Source of the DNA: Promethearchaeota archaeon | Lineage (GTDB): Archaea > Asgardarchaeota > Lokiarchaeia > Sigyniarchaeales > SOKP01 | DNA: 64,000 nt | Reading direction: 5' to 3' | NCBI GenBank assembly: GCA_008080735.1 | Contig: SHMW01000005.1 | Location: forward strand, 1-64,000 | Part shown: positions 57,641 through 64,000 of the stretch, piece after piece | Position numbering within the stretch: position 1 is the stretch's first letter | How the letters are laid out: each line of letters starts with the position of its first letter | The notes under the pieces: model-generated | What the model saw: the letters and a program-made list of their open reading frames with translations, nothing else | Told to the model about the DNA's origin: nothing | The model's database searches: none | Position numbers and translations under genes: made by a program

Positions 57641-58513
57641 ATGGAAGTATCAAACCTAAGTTCTTCCTGTATAAAAACCTATGATTGGTGTGAATGGAAA
57701 TGGTTTTTACAATACGAATTAAAATTTCAAGATGAATTTGGCCCTTCTGCATCTCTTGGTGGATCTGTTCACGATGCATTGGAATATATAAGCAAATGTA
57801 AAATTGATGGAAAACCTGTTCCAAATCCAGATAAAGTTCTGAATGAAAAACTTAGTGTACATGATAATATTACGTTTAAAAAATTTAAATCTAAACTTAA
57901 AAAAGTTACCAAGGGTTATAATGATTTATTTAATTCCGACTATAGACCTGATTCTGAAAAGGTTTTATGCGTTGAACAATATTTTAAGATACCATTGGAA
58001 GAATCTATCTTTTCATTAGACAAGACAAAAGATGGATCAATACGATACTTAACAATTAGTGGATTTATAGATCGTATAGATAAGATAGATGATGACACAA
58101 TAGAGATTATTGATTACAAGACAGGAAGTAAAAAGCAGTTCTTTTGTAATAAAAACTTTGAAAGAGACAGTTTAAATATTAAAATGGATATACAGCCTAG
58201 ACTATATCATATGGCTGCAAGATATACTTTCCCTCAATATTCTAATGTAATAGTTACTTTTATATATATAGCAGATGGCGGACCTGTTTTAAGCGTATTT
58301 TGTGATGAAGATATAGAAGAAACAAAACAAATAATTAAAAAATACCTTAATAAAATTCGAGACAATGACGATCCACAAAGGGACTTGTCTTGGAAATGCA
58401 GCAAAATGTGTACTTTTGGCAAAAATGGTGTGTGTCAAGAGGTTTGGGAAGAAAAGGATTTAGTTGGTTTAAATTTTGTCAAACAAAAATATCAGGCATT
58501 GAATAAAGAATGA
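57641..58513 (+). CDS. Cas4/AddB-like PD-(D/E)xK exonuclease
   Basis: N-terminal Cys, H..LE, GFIDRID, IIDYKTG, Q..LY, C-terminal CxxxC...C. Confidence 0.82.
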   Translation: MEVSNLSSSCIKTYDWCEWKWFLQYELKFQDEFGPSASLGGSVHDALEYISKCKIDGKPVPNPDKVLNEKLSVHDNITFKKFKSKLKKVTKGYNDLFNSDYRPDSEKVLCVEQYFKIPLEESIFSLDKTKDGSIRYLTISGFIDRIDKIDDDTIEIIDYKTGSKKQFFCNKNFERDSLNIKMDIQPRLYHMAARYTFPQYSNVIVTFIYIADGGPVLSVFCDEDIEETKQIIKKYLNKIRDNDDPQRDLSWKCSKMCTFGKNGVCQEVWEEKDLVGLNFVKQKYQALNKE

Positions 58514-60573
58514 GCTATACACTACTACATCATCATGACGACATGAGTCACTTAGATGGATTTGGCAAACCAGAAAGACACGCAAAAAGAGCATCTGAAG
58601 TTGGTGTTAAAGCTTTAGCTGTAACTAATCATGGTAATATGTATTCTCATTTGTCACATATTAAAGCGTGTAAAAAACACAAGATTAAACCAATATTAGG
58701 CAATGAATTATATGTGTACCATCAGCCGTGTGATGTTAGAAATAACACTAATAGATGGAATTCACACATGGTTGTTTGGGCAAAAAATTACCAAGGATGG
58801 AAAAGACTTGCCAAACTAACCAGTTATACTAATGATCCAAAATTTTTCTATTATAAACCAAGAATATATCCGTGGAACACAGATAGTGTTTATGGATTAG
58901 AACATTTTCTAGATGGAAATATTCAAGGTTTTAGCGGTCATACTGGTTCACACTTATCAGACATACTATACTGCGATCTATACTCGGACAATCCGAAAGA
59001 AGAAAGAGAAAAAATAAGGAAAGCGTACGCACAAAGAAATATAAGTGATCCAGATTACTATAAAAGATTTTTGAAGGATAATTGGCTTGATAGTGCATGT
59101 GAATTAGCGTTAAAATTTGAAAAAATGTTTGGTAAAGGAAATTTTTTCATTGAACTGCAAAACGAGTGTTATGAAAGTGACGAAAGACCGCTGTGGTTTC
59201 AAATTTCTGCTGTCGAATGTTTAAGAAAGGTTGCTAAAGAGACTGGCATACCAGCAGTAGCATCGTCAGATCCACACTATGCGTATCCAGAAGATTCTAA
59301 AGATCAGCGTGCCATGGTAATGGTACAAATGAAAGAAACATATGAATCAGTGCGTAAGAAACTAAACGACCCGGAGAATACCGATGTTTTTGTATTCTTT
59401 GGTTCTGATAGTTTTTTCATACATTCATATGAAGATATGAAGAAGAAATTTACACAAGAAGAACTAGATAATACTAATAAGATTGGTGACAATATAGAAG
59501 AATATGATCTGGAACAAAAGCCTTATTTTCCTAAGATACAGGTTCCGGTTGTTAAAGATAATAAGGTGTATACAACATGTAATAATGAATATGATAGATA
59601 TTTGATGCACTTATGCATAGAAGGTGCTAAAAGAAAACAGCCGTGGACTAGTTCAAAATGTTCCAAACAGGACTATTGGGATAGATTATTGTCTGAGACA
59701 GAAATCATGTTTAAATACGGTCTGTCGAAATATTTCATAGTTGTTTGGGATATATGTATGGCGGCAGATAATAGACCTAAAAATAGAAATTTTGATTGGA
59801 AAGCCAACCTTAAGATAAATGGTAAAATAGATCCGATTCCTCGTGGGCCAGGGCGAGGATCAGCAGGAAGTTCGTTGATTTCTTATCTACTTAATATAAC
59901 CAAGTTAGATCCTATGTCTCATGACTTAATGTTGGCAAGATTTATGAACGCTGGTAGATTTACCGAAGATCATATTTCATTACCAGATATTGATTTAGAT
60001 TTTGGTGTAGAGGGCAGAGAATGGATTATTGATTATTTAAGAGATAAATATGGTAGTCAATACTGTTCACAAATTGTTACGTTTCAAAGAATTCAAGGGC
60101 GTGCTGCTATTAAAGATTTAATTAGAATAAATGGCATACCTAACGGAGCACAAATAGCTAACGAAATAACAAAACTAATCCCGCCAGAGGCTGAGATAGC
60201 CGATGAAATACAAGAAATGCATGATGCAGGTCACGAAGATTATGGAATAATTAACTGGGCTATTGATAATATTGCCGACTTCGCCGATGTATATAATGAT
60301 GATAGATATAAAGAAATAATAGATCAAGCTATAAGATGCGAAGGTACAATACGTGGTTCTGGCAAACATCCCGCTGGGATTGTAATAACACCAGAGACTG
60401 TTGATGAAATATTCCCACTAACATATGATACTAAATCTAAACAGCAAATAATTGGAATGGATATGAAAGATGCTGAAAAGCTTGGTGGTATAAAATTCGA
60501 CATACTTGGTATTGTATTATTAGATAAGTTAAAAATGATTGAGAGGTTGGTTAATGATTCAAGTGGTCAATAA
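58510..60573 (+). CDS. dnaE: DNA polymerase III alpha, N-terminal part (PHP plus palm/thumb)
   Basis: HHH..S.LDG, TNHG, GPGRGSAG, PDIDLD, KHPAG, KFDILG. Confidence 0.92.
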   Translation: MSYTLLHHHDDMSHLDGFGKPERHAKRASEVGVKALAVTNHGNMYSHLSHIKACKKHKIKPILGNELYVYHQPCDVRNNTNRWNSHMVVWAKNYQGWKRLAKLTSYTNDPKFFYYKPRIYPWNTDSVYGLEHFLDGNIQGFSGHTGSHLSDILYCDLYSDNPKEEREKIRKAYAQRNISDPDYYKRFLKDNWLDSACELALKFEKMFGKGNFFIELQNECYESDERPLWFQISAVECLRKVAKETGIPAVASSDPHYAYPEDSKDQRAMVMVQMKETYESVRKKLNDPENTDVFVFFGSDSFFIHSYEDMKKKFTQEELDNTNKIGDNIEEYDLEQKPYFPKIQVPVVKDNKVYTTCNNEYDRYLMHLCIEGAKRKQPWTSSKCSKQDYWDRLLSETEIMFKYGLSKYFIVVWDICMAADNRPKNRNFDWKANLKINGKIDPIPRGPGRGSAGSSLISYLLNITKLDPMSHDLMLARFMNAGRFTEDHISLPDIDLDFGVEGREWIIDYLRDKYGSQYCSQIVTFQRIQGRAAIKDLIRINGIPNGAQIANEITKLIPPEAEIADEIQEMHDAGHEDYGIINWAIDNIADFADVYNDDRYKEIIDQAIRCEGTIRGSGKHPAGIVITPETVDEIFPLTYDTKSKQQIIGMDMKDAEKLGGIKFDILGIVLLDKLKMIERLVNDSSGQ

Positions 60574-61279
60574 AAAGACATTTGACATTGATAAAAGACG
60601 TTCTAATTCTTTATGTGTATACATTGGACGCCCAAGTATTTTAGGCAACCCATATTCACATCTTCCAAGCAAACTAGTTGAACCACATAATCAAACTAAA
60701 ACAAGAGAAGAATCTATAAAACGTTTTAAGTTATACTTTATTAATGCTTTGTCGTGTGACAATCCAACATCCAAAGAGTTGAAAATTAGATCGTTGTTTA
60801 GTGAGATTATCTTTAACGAATTGAATAACAATGATACATATTTAATATGCTATTGTTCACCAAAAGCTTGCCATGGTGATGTTATTAAAACTATCGCTGA
60901 ATCTCGTATAAAAGATATTGGAGATTGTTACCGAAAGATAAATAGTTTTGTAAAAGAACTGCGTTATACTAATCTAGGAAATCCATATTATGATTTAAAT
61001 GATTTGCCAATTAGTAAAGAACAAAAGAAATGTGTTATAGAGTGGTTGGCAAGACAAATATGGCAAATTAGCGTACAGGCTACAGATGGCGACTATATAC
61101 ATAAATCATGCGACCCTTTAACTATTGATAAAGACGGCCCATGTATTTATCATAGCTATATATTTGATATAAAAGATAATACAGATATATCTGAAATACC
61201 AGATATACTTATAAAAGAAACTGTCGATTGGATTAAAAAATACAGAAAGGCGGAATCATATGATAGAAAAGCATGGTAA
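60554..61279 (+). CDS. DUF4326-domain protein
   Basis: VVN, YIGRPS.LGNPY, R.ESI..F, LICYC.PK.CHGDVI. Confidence 0.75.
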   Translation: MIQVVNKKTFDIDKRRSNSLCVYIGRPSILGNPYSHLPSKLVEPHNQTKTREESIKRFKLYFINALSCDNPTSKELKIRSLFSEIIFNELNNNDTYLICYCSPKACHGDVIKTIAESRIKDIGDCYRKINSFVKELRYTNLGNPYYDLNDLPISKEQKKCVIEWLARQIWQISVQATDGDYIHKSCDPLTIDKDGPCIYHSYIFDIKDNTDISEIPDILIKETVDWIKKYRKAESYDRKAW

Positions 61280-61703
61280 TATATTTAATGAAGTTGGTCA
61301 ATGTGACGCTTTGTGTATTACTACTAACGGTGCGTTACGTAAGAATGGCAATGGTATTTGTGGTGCCGGTATAGCTAAGCAGGCTAGAGATAAGTGGGGT
61401 TTCATAGAAAAACGATTAGGAAAATCTATAAAAAAACATGGCAACAAAGTAATGCCATTATTAATAGATAATAACACGACGATAGTTGCATTCCCTACTA
61501 AAGAGCACTGGAAAGATAATTCTAATATAGATTTAATAAGCGAATCTTGTTCGTGTTTATATGAATTGACAAATGCATTAAATTGGAGCAGAGTTTGTTT
61601 GCCAAGACCAGGCTGTATGAATGGAAATTTATCTTGGTATTTAGTTAAACCAATACTGTCTAATATTCTTACAGACGATAGGTTCGAAATTTACTATGTA
61701 TAA
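61260..61703 (+). CDS. macrodomain (ADP-ribose binding/hydrolase; DarG/Poa1p-like)
   Basis: GNIF, ITTNG, GAGIAKQ, FPTKEHW, LPRPGC.NG.L.W. Confidence 0.8.
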   Translation: MIEKHGNIFNEVGQCDALCITTNGALRKNGNGICGAGIAKQARDKWGFIEKRLGKSIKKHGNKVMPLLIDNNTTIVAFPTKEHWKDNSNIDLISESCSCLYELTNALNWSRVCLPRPGCMNGNLSWYLVKPILSNILTDDRFEIYYV

Positions 61704-63234
61704 GTTCAATGAAGTGCCATTAGATGATAATAAAACTTATGAACTTTTCGCCAAAGGTGATACTTTAGGTGTGTTTCAATTAGAAAGACAATTGGGTCAA
61801 GATTGGTCTAAGAGAATAAAGCCAAAGGATATTACTAGTATTTCTGATTTAATTGCATTAATAAGGCCCGGAGCGTTGGAATCTGGTCAGTCTGAATTAT
61901 ATGCAAAACGGTGTAATTATGAAGAACCAATAGAATATTTACATCCCGCCTTAGAATCTGTGTTGAAAGATACATATGGCTGTCTGTGTTATCAGGAACA
62001 AGCGATAAGAATTGCTATGGATATTGCTGGATTTACCGATATTAAGGCAGATATGCTTAGAAAATGTATTGGTAAAAAAGACCCAGTACTAATGGCTGAA
62101 ATGAAACAAGAATTTCTCGAAGGTTGCGAGAAAAACGGTGTTGTTACAAAAGAACAAGCAGATGAAATTTTTAGTTGGATAGAAAAAGGACAAAGATATT
62201 CGTTTAATAAAAGTCATGGTTTATTTTATGCATTAAATGCTTATCATTCGGCGTATGCAAAAGTTAATTATCCTACAGAATTTTACACAGCTTATTTAAC
62301 ATACTCTAAATACAAGCCATCTCCAAGAGAGGAAATATACAACTTAGTTCAAAACGCCAAAAGAAATAACGTAGAGGTTTATCCTCCAGACATTCGTAAA
62401 AAGAATGTTGATTTCGATATGATTGGTGATAGAAAAGTAATCTTTGGATTATCGCATATAAGAGGTATCGGCGAAGCTAATATTAACAAATTGAAAAATG
62501 TAAATGTTAATAGTTTTATAGATTTAATAGCTAATAGTAAGAAACTTAACAAAGGTGTTATAGAAGCTTTGATCAAATCAGGGGCTTGTGATTGCTATGA
62601 ATTATCAAGAAATTATATGGTTCGATGTCTGTACGCTGTATTAGGACAAGATAACTCTACAGAAACCCCTTTAGACTTACGTTCTTTATCATCTAAAGAA
62701 TTGCAATTCTTTTACGATAATATAAAAAATATTGGAGATATAGAAAACGTTTTAAATAAAATTATCGAAAACAACATATGTATTAACAAACGCAAAAATA
62801 TTATTAAAAACAAAATAAATTATATAGTTAATGCACCAGAAGATACTAGTAAAATAAAAAGTATTTGGGAAAAATTGTACTTAGGATTGAATATAAGCTG
62901 TTCGGCAGCCGATGATTATAATAACAAGCCCGGTACTATATCTTGCAAGACCGTTTACTCAATAGAATATCAGACAAGATTTACCATAAATGTAGTGATA
63001 GACAAGATTTATAAGAAAAAAACTAGTGAAAAATCTAAAATACCAAATTCGCCGTATTGCTATTTAGATGTCAGCGACAACAGTTGCAACTTGTCTCGTG
63101 TTATTTGTTGGCCAGAATTGTATAATAATGTGAAAGAACAGATTTATGAAGGTTGCGTTGCCAACATCAGGGCATATAAAAACAAATGGAATAATCGCGA
63201 CCAAATTATTGTTAATAATTTAGAGGTAATTTGA
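61696..63234 (+). CDS. dnaE: DNA polymerase III alpha, C-terminal part (fingers, HhH, OB)
   Basis: GVFQLE, ALIRPG, YQEQ, YSFNKSH, PPDI, GLSHIRGIG. Confidence 0.92.
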   Translation: MYKFNEVPLDDNKTYELFAKGDTLGVFQLERQLGQDWSKRIKPKDITSISDLIALIRPGALESGQSELYAKRCNYEEPIEYLHPALESVLKDTYGCLCYQEQAIRIAMDIAGFTDIKADMLRKCIGKKDPVLMAEMKQEFLEGCEKNGVVTKEQADEIFSWIEKGQRYSFNKSHGLFYALNAYHSAYAKVNYPTEFYTAYLTYSKYKPSPREEIYNLVQNAKRNNVEVYPPDIRKKNVDFDMIGDRKVIFGLSHIRGIGEANINKLKNVNVNSFIDLIANSKKLNKGVIEALIKSGACDCYELSRNYMVRCLYAVLGQDNSTETPLDLRSLSSKELQFFYDNIKNIGDIENVLNKIIENNICINKRKNIIKNKINYIVNAPEDTSKIKSIWEKLYLGLNISCSAADDYNNKPGTISCKTVYSIEYQTRFTINVVIDKIYKKKTSEKSKIPNSPYCYLDVSDNSCNLSRVICWPELYNNVKEQIYEGCVANIRAYKNKWNNRDQIIVNNLEVI

Positions 63235-63235
63235 T

Positions 63236-63442
63236 ATGGCAAAACAAACAGAGTATACATCAAGTTCTTACACTAAGCCTAGCACAGACTCTAAGAAAAG
63301 CCAAAGTGATAGTACTAAACTAAGCAATCAGAGTTTGGCTCGTATTATGGTTGAAACAGTATGCAGATCTATTGTATTAAGCAATAACACAGCACATAGT
63401 TTACAATCAGCGTTCGAAATGGTGTTAAAAGACCATAGATGA
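63236..63442 (+). CDS. hypothetical protein
   Basis: GAGG RBS. Confidence 0.55.
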   Translation: MAKQTEYTSSSYTKPSTDSKKSQSDSTKLSNQSLARIMVETVCRSIVLSNNTAHSLQSAFEMVLKDHR

Positions 63443-63464
63443 TTTCCCTATAAGGTGTGTGTCG

Positions 63465-63498
63465 GTCGCTATTGATTGAAAAATTGATAGCGACTTTT
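63465..63498 (+). terminator. Rho-independent terminator
   Basis: gtcgctattgatt-gaaa-aattgatagcgac followed by tttt. Confidence 0.75.
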
Positions 63499-63523
63499 AG
63501 GATTAAGATAAGGATAGGTTTTA

Positions 63524-64000
63524 ATGACTAAGAAAAAGCCAAAGATTATATGGTCTGGTGAAGCTTCATTTCTCAACACTGGTTTCAGTGTAATTGCTAA
63601 TCAAATACTATCAAGACTATATGATACAAACAAATACGAAATAGTCGAAATCGGTAGCTATGCCAAAACAAGTGATCCCAGAAGTAATGAGTTACCTTGG
63701 ACTTTTTACGGAGTTATACCAGAAGATCACGAGACAAAGTATAAACAAGAATTCGACTCTTCGGTATATGCACAGTTTGGCGAAAAGCGTTTGCCACATG
63801 TTATGTTGCAAGAAAAGCCAGATGCTCTAATATGCATAACAGATCAATGGATGTCGTCAAAATTTCAATTAAAGAATCCATTTATAAAATTTGTTAAGTA
63901 TATTTTGCACCCAACTATAGATGGACGGCCACAAAAAAACGAATGGATAGACGACTATTTCAAAGCCGACTTATTATTATCTTATACCACTTTTGGTCGC
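63524..64000 (+). CDS. glycosyltransferase (GT-B/GT4-like), truncated by window end
   Basis: MTKKKPKIIWSGEASFLNTGFS..A..IL..L..T.KYEI...EKPD...D.WM; frame open to 64000. Confidence 0.7.
   Translation, partial: MTKKKPKIIWSGEASFLNTGFSVIANQILSRLYDTNKYEIVEIGSYAKTSDPRSNELPWTFYGVIPEDHETKYKQEFDSSVYAQFGEKRLPHVMLQEKPDALICITDQWMSSKFQLKNPFIKFVKYILHPTIDGRPQKNEWIDDYFKADLLLSYTTFGR

Noticed and set aside
60500-61760. Split intein or self-splicing intron in dnaE
   Set aside because: No intein terminal motifs on either half; the gap is fully occupied by two coupled ORFs with no homing-endonuclease motifs.
4380-62576. Short minus-strand ORFs in the ORF track, including 50628..51128
   Set aside because: All are shadows of well-supported + strand genes and have no recognisable motifs.
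63465-63494. Hairpin arms GTCGCTA/TAGCGAC identical to the acceptor stem of tRNA-like RNA 2
   Set aside because: Only a 7-bp match, and the element is adequately explained as a terminator; probably coincidence.
1-64000. Stop-codon reassignment as seen in some large phages
   Set aside because: Conserved genes are full length in the standard code and TAA, TAG and TGA all serve as stops; no suppressor tRNA was seen.

Overview
AT-rich, gene-dense 64 kb segment with essentially every credible gene on the + strand, often joined by ATGA/TAATG overlaps. It reads as part of a large (probably jumbo) dsDNA bacteriophage genome using the standard genetic code. The left ~24 kb is accessory: a 22-aa tandem-repeat protein, two unusual tRNA-like RNAs, tRNA-Arg, TilS, a metallophosphoesterase, an array of 'LGxYxxDxxSCFR' paralogs interleaved with two M28-like metallopeptidases, GluRS, a GuaB/GuaC-family enzyme, ThyA, RuvB and a DenV-like glycosylase. 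The right part holds a sigma factor, SSB, class II ribonucleotide reductase with a 121-aa mini-intein, DHFR, dUTPase, a large glycan-synthesis and decoration cluster, and a replication module (RecA-like, DnaB, DnaG, dNMP kinase, Cas4-like nuclease). It ends with a DnaE polymerase split into two genes around a DUF4326 gene and a macrodomain gene. The leading candidates for an undescribed system are: (1) a tandem pair of tRNA-shaped RNAs (955-1078, 1087-1232) with intact acceptor, D and T arms, long structured insertions in the D-loop and shrunken 5-6 nt anticodon loops; (2) the SCFR-paralog/M28-peptidase array next to GluRS; (3) several metabolic-enzyme homologs lacking their catalytic residues. 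All family calls come from motif recognition by eye, not from database searches.
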